A stretch of DNA of 64,000 nucleotides from Bdellovibrionales bacterium (GTDB lineage Bacteria > Bdellovibrionota > Bdellovibrionia > Bdellovibrionales > JAGQZY01): assembly GCA_031426555.1 (NCBI GenBank), contig JANPLN010000015.1, positions 96,001 through 160,000 on the forward strand, written 5' to 3'. The notes under the pieces were generated by a model, which had not been told where the DNA came from, did not search any database, and worked only from the letters and a program-made list of their open reading frames with translations. The position numbers and the translations under genes were made by a program. Every line of letters begins with the position of its first letter. Position 1 is the stretch's first letter. This document shows, piece after piece, positions 46,209-55,354 of the stretch.

Positions 46209-46568
46209 TTGACTGCTTCTAGCAGATTTAAGATCACAGTTTCTGGCAAGGAAAAAGAACTGCTACTTACATGGGGCATGTTTTGGAAAAATTTTAAAAT
46301 AAATATTGGTGGCGAATTAGTTGGTGGATTTGAAAGCCAAAAGGAGCTTAGACTTGGTAAAGATTTTAAATTAATAGATGGGTCCACGCTTTCGATTAAA
46401 TTGGCTCAAAACGGCATCGCGCCCGAATTGCAGATTCTTAAAGATGGTCAAGCTTTGGAGGGAAGCGCTACTGCTCCCGAAACCCGCTTGAAAACTGCAT
46501 ATGGAATTGTTTTATTTCTGGGTGGACTTAACTTAGTAATGGCTGTCATAGCGTATAAGAAGAAGTGA
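46209..46568 (+). CDS. Hypothetical membrane protein, possibly 3'-truncated
   Basis: Protein-like 119-aa ORF with TTG start, ending right after one TM and just before a tRNA-linked repeat. Confidence 0.45.
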   Translation: MTASSRFKITVSGKEKELLLTWGMFWKNFKINIGGELVGGFESQKELRLGKDFKLIDGSTLSIKLAQNGIAPELQILKDGQALEGSATAPETRLKTAYGIVLFLGGLNLVMAVIAYKKK

Positions 46569-46660
46569 TTGCGTTTGGAGGGATTGACCTCGGGCTCAAT
46601 CCGTCCTGTATCCCGGATACTGTTAACCGTATCCTGGATTCTGAATTTGAGTATTTAAAT

Positions 46661-46735
46661 TGGCTCAGGAGGAGGGACTCGAACCCCCGACCAAGCGGTT
46701 AACAGCCGCTTGCTCTACCACTGAGCTACTCCTGA
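46661..46735 (-). tRNA. tRNA-Asn(GTT)
   Basis: TCAGGAG acceptor, AGCGG-CTGTTAA-CCGCT anticodon arm, GGTTCGAGTCC, CCA end. Confidence 0.95.
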
Positions 46736-46809
46736 ACGATGCTCATAGAACAAAGATTTATAGCAGGTCCTCAAATCGCAAGTAAATCACTTTTAAACTC
46801 TAACGCGCC

Positions 46810-47493
46810 CTACAAGTTTTGCAGGTGCTGCTTATAGAGTGAGTGATTATCGGGATTTCTGTCGAGTTTGATACAGTCCTTAAAGCACACATCGGCTTTG
46901 GCAAAGTTTCGCACTTTTTTATAAGCATGGGCCAAACCCAAACGAGCCGCTAAAAACCGTGGACGAAGCTGCAAAGAATGCTCAAACCATAAGATCGCCT
47001 CATTTTCTGGACCGTTTTTCCACAGAAGATGCTGAGCCAGCACGTACGAGGCGTAAGGGTTTAAAGGCTGTAGCGCAAGCAGATCACGCAATGCCTTCTC
47101 GCCGTCGGCGTACAAGCCATCCTGCAGGAGGGACTGGCTCTTTAGCACGGCATCAAACTCCAAGGCAGACGTGTTGATCGGATCTATGAGGAGTGCCTGT
47201 GTGACCGCGGCCTCGGCTTTTTTCCGAGCCCCGCCCAATTCGTTTGGCATCTCGAAAAGAATTTTTGCCTGCAGCACAAAAAAATCGGCGTTGCGGATTA
47301 AAATATGTTCTGCATTGATGATATGTTCGCAGAGTGCCTGTGCCTCGAAGTTTTGCCCCGAATGGGCCAAGCCCTCGATTTGTTGCAAAAGGTGCTCTGG
47401 ACTTGTGTGGTTTTTAATAAATAGCGAAACCGTACTCGCGGTCTCGCTCTCGCCCAATACCAATAAATGACGAGCTGAACGACGCGTGTTCAT
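46810..47493 (-). CDS. Tetratricopeptide-repeat protein
   Basis: Repeated A....P.N...helical TPR pattern (ALLIDPIN, LQPLNPYA, LRPRFLAA). Confidence 0.7.
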   Translation of the reverse strand: MNTRRSARHLLVLGESETASTVSLFIKNHTSPEHLLQQIEGLAHSGQNFEAQALCEHIINAEHILIRNADFFVLQAKILFEMPNELGGARKKAEAAVTQALLIDPINTSALEFDAVLKSQSLLQDGLYADGEKALRDLLALQPLNPYASYVLAQHLLWKNGPENEAILWFEHSLQLRPRFLAARLGLAHAYKKVRNFAKADVCFKDCIKLDRNPDNHSLYKQHLQNL

Positions 47494-47777
47494 CTCTTCT
47501 CCCCCCCAATATCTTTACCCCAGTGCTTCGCTTTGAAGCTTGTTATCAGTTTTTTACACTTCCCCAAAAAAAGAAAGACCAATTTTTTAATAGCAGCTAT
47601 TACGCGAAGATGAATCGTTGTGAAATCGGTGACCAGCTGCTGCGCATTGGCGCAATGATAGTTCTAGTCATTTCAGGGTTTTAGGGTTAGCACCACGAAA
47701 AGCATTTGGCCGGAAAGCGGCTCCAAAGTAGAATCACACCGTGTATTTTTTATACAGGTCCTTGTAACGGAGTATTT

Positions 47778-48920
47778 ATGGAATTCATAATTGGCGCCAT
47801 CCTTCTCGTGCTTGTCTGCATGGTTGCAATTTATTTTTATCATCGCAAAATTTCGCAGCAGATGCGCGACACATTTCAGGCTCTTGCATCGCAAACTTTG
47901 CAGTCACAAACTCGGCAGTTTTTAGAGCTCGCCGAGCAGTCCTTGGGAAAACAAAACGAAAGCGCCCGCGGAGAATTGGAAAAACGGCAAACCTCCATCG
48001 AGAACGCCATTTCGCCTCTGCAAAAAGCTCTGGAGTCTGTGCAACGGCAAACGCAGGAGTTGGAAATAGAACGGCAAAAATCCTACGCGCTCATCGAAAA
48101 CGAACTCAAGCGCGTGGTGGAGGGCAGTGTGGCGCTGTCCAGCGAAACCCGCGCTCTTAAAAATGCCCTTAAAAAACCCCATGTCCGCGGGCGGTGGGGC
48201 GAAGTTCAATTAAAAAATTGCGTGGAGCTTGCTGGAATGTCTGAGTATGCGGATGTGCAGTTTCAAGACGTCAACACCGACGACGACGGCCAACGATTGA
48301 TTCCAGACATGACGGTAAAAATGCCCGGTGGACGCTTGGTGATTGTGGATGCGAAGACGCCCATCGACGCCTTCATCGCATCGCTGGAGGCGCCCACCGA
48401 GGACGAAAAAAATATCGAAATGCGCCGCCATGGCATGCAGGTGAAAGAGCACATCAAAAAACTCGCGCTCAAAGCCTACAGTGACCATCTGAAGGACAGC
48501 GCCGATTTCACGGTGATGTTTTTGCCCAACGAATCCTTTTTATATGCCGCTCTCGAAACGCAACCTGATTTAGTAGAGTTTGCCATCGAGAAAAAAATTC
48601 TCATCGCCACGCCACCAACTTTCATCGGTTTAATGAAGGTGATTCGCTACGGCTGGAACGAGGAGCGTCTTGCAGCCAACGCCGAAAAAATTCGCGATGT
48701 GGGAAAAGAACTCCATAAGCGCGCCGCCGAGTTTGTCGAAACTTATATCGCAGTTGGAAAGTATTTGGGCTTAGCTTCTGACAAATATGAAGATGGCTTA
48801 AAAAGACTCAATCAGAGACTGTTACCTCAAGGGCGAAAAATGGAAGAGCTCGGTGCCAAGAGCATCAAAGATCTTCCGGAACCCATGGGGTTCGAAGTTC
48901 CCGGCGATTTAGAGGCTTGA
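47778..48920 (+). CDS. rmuC: DNA recombination protein RmuC
   Basis: N-terminal TM, coiled coil, RG.WGE..L, PD..V.MPG....VDAK.P, F.VMFLP.E and TP.T motifs. Confidence 0.92.
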   Translation: MEFIIGAILLVLVCMVAIYFYHRKISQQMRDTFQALASQTLQSQTRQFLELAEQSLGKQNESARGELEKRQTSIENAISPLQKALESVQRQTQELEIERQKSYALIENELKRVVEGSVALSSETRALKNALKKPHVRGRWGEVQLKNCVELAGMSEYADVQFQDVNTDDDGQRLIPDMTVKMPGGRLVIVDAKTPIDAFIASLEAPTEDEKNIEMRRHGMQVKEHIKKLALKAYSDHLKDSADFTVMFLPNESFLYAALETQPDLVEFAIEKKILIATPPTFIGLMKVIRYGWNEERLAANAEKIRDVGKELHKRAAEFVETYIAVGKYLGLASDKYEDGLKRLNQRLLPQGRKMEELGAKSIKDLPEPMGFEVPGDLEA

Positions 48921-49784
48921 GCGCTTTTTAAATTTTGCGCGCAACCATTCGTTTAACCACTCAACGACTCGCGCGCCGTGGTTTTTTTTCCACGCATGAT
49001 CGCCTTCATTTGCAAATACAGCCTGCTGCGGAATTTTATTTTCTCGCAGCCGCGATTGATACATTTCCACAGAGTTAAAGGGCACGATGGAGTCATCTTT
49101 ATTGGCGACTAATAAAGTCGGAGGATGATAGGCAGGGAGGTGGGCGGGAATGTGGCACTGCCAAGGTGAACACTCCCCATAGGAGGCAGAGTGCACAACA
49201 ATGCCGCGAATGAGTTGAGCGATGGGTGCCTCTTGCGCCAGTCGACTCGCCATGTAGCCACCGCTGGAAAACCCGGAAAGAAAAATATGATCGCGATCAA
49301 TGGGGGTGTCGGATAAATCTTCGAGGTTTTTTAAAAGGTATTCAGTGAGCTGATAATCGCGGCCGCGTTTGAAATGAGACGAATAGGGTGAAACGTTTGC
49401 TTCCCAGGCCAGCACCGAAGGACCCACATAAAAAGGCACAATTCTGTTTGCTGTGGGTGCGATAACAACAAAACCCGCGTCGGTCAGCGCCTGGATATAA
49501 GCATTTTCGTGGGCGAGTCCATAGGCGGCATTCAGGGGACGTGAGAGCTCGACGGGAAAGTTTGTTCCATGGAAGTAAATCATCACCGGTGCGGGCGAAG
49601 ACGTCGCTTGAGTGGGCCGGAAGATCAAGAGCTCCCTTTGCGTGTCCGCCACAGAGACCAAATGGTAGGTGCCATTGGTGAGGTCCACCGATTTTTTAAT
49701 AAAAGTGTCCGCACAGGCCATTTTGCCTTGAGCCCGCAACGAAACTGCTAAAAATGTAAGAAAAAGGAACCCCTTAAAACCCAT
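48909..49784 (-). CDS. Secreted alpha/beta-hydrolase (PHB-depolymerase-like esterase)
   Basis: Signal peptide; FHG, GFSSGG nucleophile elbow, D..VP and H.W triad. Confidence 0.8.
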   Translation of the reverse strand: MGFKGFLFLTFLAVSLRAQGKMACADTFIKKSVDLTNGTYHLVSVADTQRELLIFRPTQATSSPAPVMIYFHGTNFPVELSRPLNAAYGLAHENAYIQALTDAGFVVIAPTANRIVPFYVGPSVLAWEANVSPYSSHFKRGRDYQLTEYLLKNLEDLSDTPIDRDHIFLSGFSSGGYMASRLAQEAPIAQLIRGIVVHSASYGECSPWQCHIPAHLPAYHPPTLLVANKDDSIVPFNSVEMYQSRLRENKIPQQAVFANEGDHAWKKNHGARVVEWLNEWLRAKFKKRSSL

Positions 49785-49876
49785 CGGGCTTGAATAGCAG
49801 ATTTTTACAGCTTCTGCTTGAGAAAATAAGGGAAATCGCTATATTAGCCGCTTTTGCTAGGGAAAATGCCAGGAAA

Positions 49877-50902
49877 ATGACTGACGCTGAACTTGTTCTT
49901 CATCTTAAAAAAAATCCATTTGTGCTGGCGCCCATGGCGGGCATTACGGACATGCCTTTTCGGCTCTTCATGAAAGAGCTCGGAGCCGGCATTGTTATTA
50001 GCGAGCTTGTTTCCGCCAACGGAATTAAATATGCCGGCGAAAAAACCCTGCAGCTTTTGGCCTTCAACGAAAAAGAGCGCCCAGTGGGGTTACAACTCTT
50101 TGGTGAAGATCTCGAGGCGTTGGCTCTAGCGGCGAAAAAAGTGGAAGCTCTCGGAGCTGACTTCGTAGATCTTAATTTTGGCTGTCCTGTAAAAAAAGTT
50201 GTTTCAAAAGGCGCGGGATCGGCGCTTTTAAAAGACCTCAATCAACTGCGTTTGGTTTTAAAAACCGTTCGCGCTGCCGTTAAAATTCCTGTGACTATTA
50301 AAATTCGAACAGGCTGGGAGCCCTCGCAGCGCAATGCCGTTGAAGTGGCAAAAATCGCTCACGAAGAGGGCATTGCCTGGGTCGCCATTCATGGACGAAC
50401 CCGCAGCCAAGGCTATTCGGGGCAGGCGGACTGGGAGTACATCACTTCGGTCAAAGCCGTCAGCCCGTTACCAATTATCGGAAATGGTGATATTTTAAGC
50501 GCCGAGCAAGCAGAAAACCGTTTGCGACTTTCGGGCTGCGACGGAGTGATGATTGGTCGCGGTTGCCTAAAAAATCCGTGGATTTTTAAAGAAGCGGCAA
50601 ATTTGCTCGCGGGAAAAAGCTCTGAAAGTGGCATCGATTACAATTACTTACCGCTTTTTGCACGACTCAAAGATTTGTTGACGCAAACCCACGATGAGCG
50701 CGCAGCGATGATTCAATTGCGCAAGTTTTCGATGTGGTATTCGGCGGGATTTCCCGAATCGTCAGCCTTTCGTAAAGAGATATTTTCCACTCGCACAGTT
50801 CAGGATACCTATGATAGGATCGCTGACTACTATTCACAAATCGATCTCGGCCACAAACAAGACACAAGTCATGAGGAATTCCTCATGGGAGGACACGGAT
50901 AA
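49877..50902 (+). CDS. dusB: tRNA-dihydrouridine synthase B
   Basis: LAPMAGITD, DLNFGCP, KIRTGW, HGRTR, GNGDI and MIGRG motifs. Confidence 0.9.
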   Translation: MTDAELVLHLKKNPFVLAPMAGITDMPFRLFMKELGAGIVISELVSANGIKYAGEKTLQLLAFNEKERPVGLQLFGEDLEALALAAKKVEALGADFVDLNFGCPVKKVVSKGAGSALLKDLNQLRLVLKTVRAAVKIPVTIKIRTGWEPSQRNAVEVAKIAHEEGIAWVAIHGRTRSQGYSGQADWEYITSVKAVSPLPIIGNGDILSAEQAENRLRLSGCDGVMIGRGCLKNPWIFKEAANLLAGKSSESGIDYNYLPLFARLKDLLTQTHDERAAMIQLRKFSMWYSAGFPESSAFRKEIFSTRTVQDTYDRIADYYSQIDLGHKQDTSHEEFLMGGHG

Positions 50903-52707
50903 TGAGCGACTTGCAAAGAAGTCCCGATAAAATCAGAAACATTGCGATCATAGCACACGTGGATCACGGGAAAACCACGCTTGTCGATCATTTACTACGT
51001 CAAAGCGGTATGTACCGCGACAACGAACGCATGGATGAAAGAGTCATGGATTCCATGGATCTCGAAAAAGAACGCGGGATCACGATTGCTGCGAAAAACA
51101 CGAGCATTCTCTACAAAGACTACAAGATCAATATCGTCGATACGCCCGGGCACTCGGATTTCGGTGGTGAGGTTGAGCGAATTTTAGATATGGTGGATGG
51201 AGCGATTCTTTTGGTGGATGCCTCCGAAGGTCCACTTCCGCAAACACGCTTCGTGCTTTCAAAGGCCTTAGCTAAAAACATCAAGGTGTTTGTTTGTATT
51301 AATAAAATTGATAGAAAAGATGCGCGAATTCAAGAAGTGCAAAACGAAATTTTCGATCTGTTCATCGATCTCGAGGCTCCCGAAGAGCAAGCTGAATACG
51401 ATTGCATCTACGCCATTGCCCGCGAAGGCTTAGTCACTCTGGATCCAGAAGTGATTCCAGAGAAGAAAAGTCTTGAGATGATGTACGACTGGATTATCGA
51501 AAAACTTCCACCGCCAGTTGCAAAATTAGAAGGCTCCCTACAGATCATGATTTCGAACATCGGCTATAATAACTTTGTTGGACGCTTGGCCATTGGCCGC
51601 GTTCGCCAAGGCGCGATCAAGATGGGCGAAGAAGTCACACTTTCTGCGGAAAATGGCTTTAAGAAATTTAAAGTTACAGCCCTCTATTTGTACGATGGAC
51701 TTAAACAAGTTGCAGTGAACGAAATCTCAGCTGGGGACATCGCGGTTGTAGCGGGGTTTGAAGATTTTGGTATCGGCGACACCATCACGTCTTCGGCGAA
51801 TCCACAGCCACTTCCACGTTTGAAGGTTGATGAGCCCACTGTGGAAATCACAATTTCTGTCAACGACAGTCCGTTTGCGGGTAAAGATGGAAAGCACATC
51901 ACATCTCGTAAAATTTTAGAGCGTCTTGAAAAAGAGCTCCTTACGAATGTGGCCATTCGCATGATCCCTACCGATCGCCCCGAAGTTTGGCGCTTGCTCG
52001 GTCGCGGTGAATTGCAACTATCGGTTCTTGCCGAGCAAATGCGCCGTGAAGGATACGAGTTTATTTTAGGTAAGCCGCAAGTTATTTTGAAGAAAGATGG
52101 CGACAAAGTTCTTGAACCTATGGAAAAAATCTTTGTGGATGTACCTGAGCAATACACAGGGATTGTTTCTGAGAAACTTGGGCCTCGTAAAGGTGTGATG
52201 ATGAACATGACACCGATGCACGGTGGACGTATGCGTTTGGAATTTATGATTCCATCGCGCGGTTTGATTGGTTATCGTTCTGAATTTTTAACGGACACCA
52301 AAGGGATGGGCTTACTCAACCGGGAATTCGCAGGTTTTGAAGTTTTTAAAGGTGATATTGCAACACGAATGAACGGTGCGCTTATTTCGGATCGCACAGG
52401 TAAAACAACTCAGTATGCGATTTTCCATCTGGAAGACCGCGGCCGATTTTTTATCAACGCGAGCACCGAAGTTTATGAAGGTATGATCGTTGGTGAAAAC
52501 GCAAAAGAGAATAATATGTATGTGAACGCCGTTCGTGAGAAAAAACTGACCAACGTTCGCGCGTCGGGCTCTGATGAAGCGATTCGTTTAACTCCTGTGA
52601 AGCCGTTTACCATCGAACAAGCCATGGAGTGGATTAAAGACGACGAGTTGATCGAGATCACGCCAAACTTTGTCCGCATGCGTACAAAACATCTTAAACA
52701 GACTTAG
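50902..52707 (+). CDS. typA: Translational GTPase TypA/BipA
   Basis: [38 protein letters not shown] and K.LTN.R.SG.DE motifs. Confidence 0.97.
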   Translation: MSDLQRSPDKIRNIAIIAHVDHGKTTLVDHLLRQSGMYRDNERMDERVMDSMDLEKERGITIAAKNTSILYKDYKINIVDTPGHSDFGGEVERILDMVDGAILLVDASEGPLPQTRFVLSKALAKNIKVFVCINKIDRKDARIQEVQNEIFDLFIDLEAPEEQAEYDCIYAIAREGLVTLDPEVIPEKKSLEMMYDWIIEKLPPPVAKLEGSLQIMISNIGYNNFVGRLAIGRVRQGAIKMGEEVTLSAENGFKKFKVTALYLYDGLKQVAVNEISAGDIAVVAGFEDFGIGDTITSSANPQPLPRLKVDEPTVEITISVNDSPFAGKDGKHITSRKILERLEKELLTNVAIRMIPTDRPEVWRLLGRGELQLSVLAEQMRREGYEFILGKPQVILKKDGDKVLEPMEKIFVDVPEQYTGIVSEKLGPRKGVMMNMTPMHGGRMRLEFMIPSRGLIGYRSEFLTDTKGMGLLNREFAGFEVFKGDIATRMNGALISDRTGKTTQYAIFHLEDRGRFFINASTEVYEGMIVGENAKENNMYVNAVREKKLTNVRASGSDEAIRLTPVKPFTIEQAMEWIKDDELIEITPNFVRMRTKHLKQT

Positions 52708-52749
52708 TAGCCTGTCGGCTACTGAAACTTAAGATGTCCTAAAAAACAG

Positions 52750-52783
52750 AAAAAGCCTTCTGGATCCAGGAGGCTTTTTTTTG
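52750..52783. terminator. Bidirectional intrinsic terminator between typA and the mtgA-like gene
   Basis: AAAAAGCCTTCTGG-AT-CCAGGAGGCTTTTTTT hairpin with A and T tails. Confidence 0.8.
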
Positions 52784-52801
52784 TCTGGAAAATCCTCAGA
52801 T

Positions 52802-53743
52802 TTAAAAATTACTACTGCTGTCGATATCAGATTCCATAGAAGGTGCCTCAGAGGGCGCGTCTGTCGCTGAATCAGATTCGTCAGACGAGTCAGTCTGCGG
52901 GTTGGTCGGCGAGTTGGCGGACGAATCCCGTCGTATTTCCTCAATACCCACCGCACTGGGCTCTGTTTCATCATCGTAATTTGGTGCCGGGCTCCATAAG
53001 CCGTAATCAACGCGTGCTGATTCCGCATCGTGGTCCTCTTGGGAAATTTTCCCCTGCAACAACAACAAACTCAAGGTGCGATTGACCCGGCTTTTGTTGT
53101 AGCGGCTGAGCTCTTTGTTCGCGTGAAAAGAGTTGGAGTATTTCACTGGGCTTGGCAAAAGCGAAATCAAATAAGCCCCTTCGGCGGGAGAGAGTTCGCT
53201 GGGAGATTTTTGAAAGTAATGCTGAGAGGCTTTGCGAATTCCGTAAATGTTTTTTCCAAACTCCACCACGTTAAAATACTTTTCGATGATTTGCGTTTTA
53301 GTTAATTTTTTTTCGATCTCTTGCGAGACAAAAAACTCTTTCATTTTGCGGATTAAACTTTTTTCTTTGCTCAGGTACAAATTTTTAGCCAGCTGCTGCG
53401 TAATTGTGGAACCCCCACGCACCCAGCGGCCGGCATCCATGCTTTTTTCTAAACTGTCTTTGATTTCGTCCCAGTCGAAACCTTGATGAAAATAAAAACT
53501 CGCATCTTCCGAGGCGATGAGCGAAGACACTAGATGTTTCGGCAACTGGTTGTAGCGCACGTAGGTTGATTTTTTTGGACAAAGCTCCACCTGAAACATA
53601 GAGGTGGTAAAACAATCGTTGATATTTGCGGTGGAGGGAATGCTTCGATAAGCAACCACGGCAAAAGCACCCATCACCAGAGTGAAAATGAGTAGAAAAA
53701 TTAAAAATGTATAAAGAAAAGATTTTTTACGAGAGGTAGCCAT
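52802..53743 (-). CDS. mtgA: Monofunctional peptidoglycan transglycosylase (GT51) with acidic tail
   Basis: ASED..FY.H.G.D, RGGSTITQQLAKNL, RK..E and Y.N motifs; no transpeptidase domain. Confidence 0.85.
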   Translation of the reverse strand: MATSRKKSFLYTFLIFLLIFTLVMGAFAVVAYRSIPSTANINDCFTTSMFQVELCPKKSTYVRYNQLPKHLVSSLIASEDASFYFHQGFDWDEIKDSLEKSMDAGRWVRGGSTITQQLAKNLYLSKEKSLIRKMKEFFVSQEIEKKLTKTQIIEKYFNVVEFGKNIYGIRKASQHYFQKSPSELSPAEGAYLISLLPSPVKYSNSFHANKELSRYNKSRVNRTLSLLLLQGKISQEDHDAESARVDYGLWSPAPNYDDETEPSAVGIEEIRRDSSANSPTNPQTDSSDESDSATDAPSEAPSMESDIDSSSNF

Positions 53744-54713
53744 TTTTTATCATCCACTCCACGCTGTCCTGGATAGCCAGTTTAGCAGGAGTGACTTTAA
53801 GGCCAAGTTCTTTTTGTGCTTTTTCGCTAGAAAACCAATGATACATGGACGAGGTCCAGGCGGTTTCGCGGCTCAACGGACCTTTCAGGCCAAGGGGAGT
53901 TAAAACGTTATCACCCAGCGCACCCAAAGTGTGCAGCGCCCAGCGGGGCAACAGCAAACCAGGGGCCTTCACTCCCGCAACAGCGGCGATCATGGCAAAC
54001 ACGTCTTTGAGCAAGAGGTTTTCACCCGCCACAATGTAGCGCTCGCCCACACGACCTTTTTGCGCGACAACCTTTAAACAGTAAACAACATCGTTGATAT
54101 GAACCACATTGACGCCACCTGGGGTATAAAAGGGAAATTTTCCCATGGCCACCTTGCGCTGAACATTGCGACTGCCCTTGGTGGCATCGCCCGCGCCGTA
54201 CACCGTGGAGGGATTAAGTATATAGGCGTTAAGACCATTGTGCTGAACCGCTGTCTTCACAAGCTCTTCGGCGGCGTGCTTGGTTTCGAAATAGCCTAAC
54301 TGTAAATGTTTAATATTGTAGGGAGCCGTTTCTGTAAGAGACGAGGGCTTAAAACTTGCGCCGATGGCCACCACAGAGCTCATGTAAACCAACGCTGGAG
54401 TTTTTTGCGTGACACAGGCATCAACCACTTTTTGAGTGCCACCCACGTTTACTTTTTCCATCTCTTTGCGCTCGGAGGGCTTGTAGGCAATTTTGCCCGC
54501 TAAATGATAAACGATGTCTTGGTTTTCGGTGGCCGTAAGCAACGAGTGAAAATCGGTGACGTCGCCGAGGGCGGCGCGAACCGGGAGACCTTTGAGTTCT
54601 GTGTCTTTGAGGGGTCTACGAACTAAAACGGTCACATCGTGACCGTCTTTTATGAGTTGATTTACGAGATGCTGTCCGATGAAGCCAGTGGCTCCAGTGA
54701 CTAAAGCTTTCAT
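53727..54713 (-). CDS. NAD-dependent epimerase/dehydratase (extended SDR, DFR/HpnA-like)
   Basis: VTGATGFIG, HLAG, SS and YFETK (YxxxK) motifs. Confidence 0.9.
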   Translation of the reverse strand: MKALVTGATGFIGQHLVNQLIKDGHDVTVLVRRPLKDTELKGLPVRAALGDVTDFHSLLTATENQDIVYHLAGKIAYKPSERKEMEKVNVGGTQKVVDACVTQKTPALVYMSSVVAIGASFKPSSLTETAPYNIKHLQLGYFETKHAAEELVKTAVQHNGLNAYILNPSTVYGAGDATKGSRNVQRKVAMGKFPFYTPGGVNVVHINDVVYCLKVVAQKGRVGERYIVAGENLLLKDVFAMIAAVAGVKAPGLLLPRWALHTLGALGDNVLTPLGLKGPLSRETAWTSSMYHWFSSEKAQKELGLKVTPAKLAIQDSVEWMIKNGYLS

Positions 54714-54727
54714 TGGGCTTTCACAAT

Positions 54728-55324
54728 TTAGAAGCAGTCTTTAAGATCTTTAATTGTGCGGCCATTGCCGAGTTTTGCATTGATTTCGTTGATCTTAACC
54801 AACAACACGCCCTCGTTACCAAGATCGCTACGTGAAGACACGCTTTCGATCATTGTTGCAACATCATTGATCTTTACAAGATCAACTGTTCCAGCGGTGT
54901 CGTTCGAAATAGTTTCAACAACAGACGTTGCCATTTTAGAAGCGGCTTCTAAAACCAGCTTCCCGTTTTCACCAAGAGCCGTAACCGCTTTTGCGTTGAC
55001 CACGGTGTTCGTCATTTTTCCAAGGAGTGCACTAACAGATGCTTTTGCTTCTGGGCTTCTGTCTTTTAAATTACGAATAGTTTCAGCTTTCATTTCTGGT
55101 AATCCAGCGCGAACATAACCATCCACCAAGCGTTCAGCTTCTTTGCTATCTTTAGCAATACCTGAATTGACGAGATCTGTTTTCATTGTTGTTTGAGCGG
55201 CACGAGAGATTCGGCCTTCTGAGCGAACTTCTGCAGCTCCTGCGGGTTTACCACCGGTCGGACCGGCAAATGCAGTGCTTGTTAGAAGAGAAAGAGTAAT
55301 AAAAATTTTTGCAGTTAAACGCAT
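54728..55324 (-). CDS. Secreted hypothetical helical protein
   Basis: AAGGAG SD; signal peptide ending AFA; C terminus KDCF. Confidence 0.7.
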   Translation of the reverse strand: MRLTAKIFITLSLLTSTAFAGPTGGKPAGAAEVRSEGRISRAAQTTMKTDLVNSGIAKDSKEAERLVDGYVRAGLPEMKAETIRNLKDRSPEAKASVSALLGKMTNTVVNAKAVTALGENGKLVLEAASKMATSVVETISNDTAGTVDLVKINDVATMIESVSSRSDLGNEGVLLVKINEINAKLGNGRTIKDLKDCF

Positions 55325-55354
55325 AGGGTCTCCTTTTATGCTTTTGTGAGGTTA

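Noticed and set aside
47494..47777. Possible ncRNA in the 284-bp TPR/rmuC divergent gap
   Set aside because: Only short imperfect palindromes; nothing matching a known RNA family by eye
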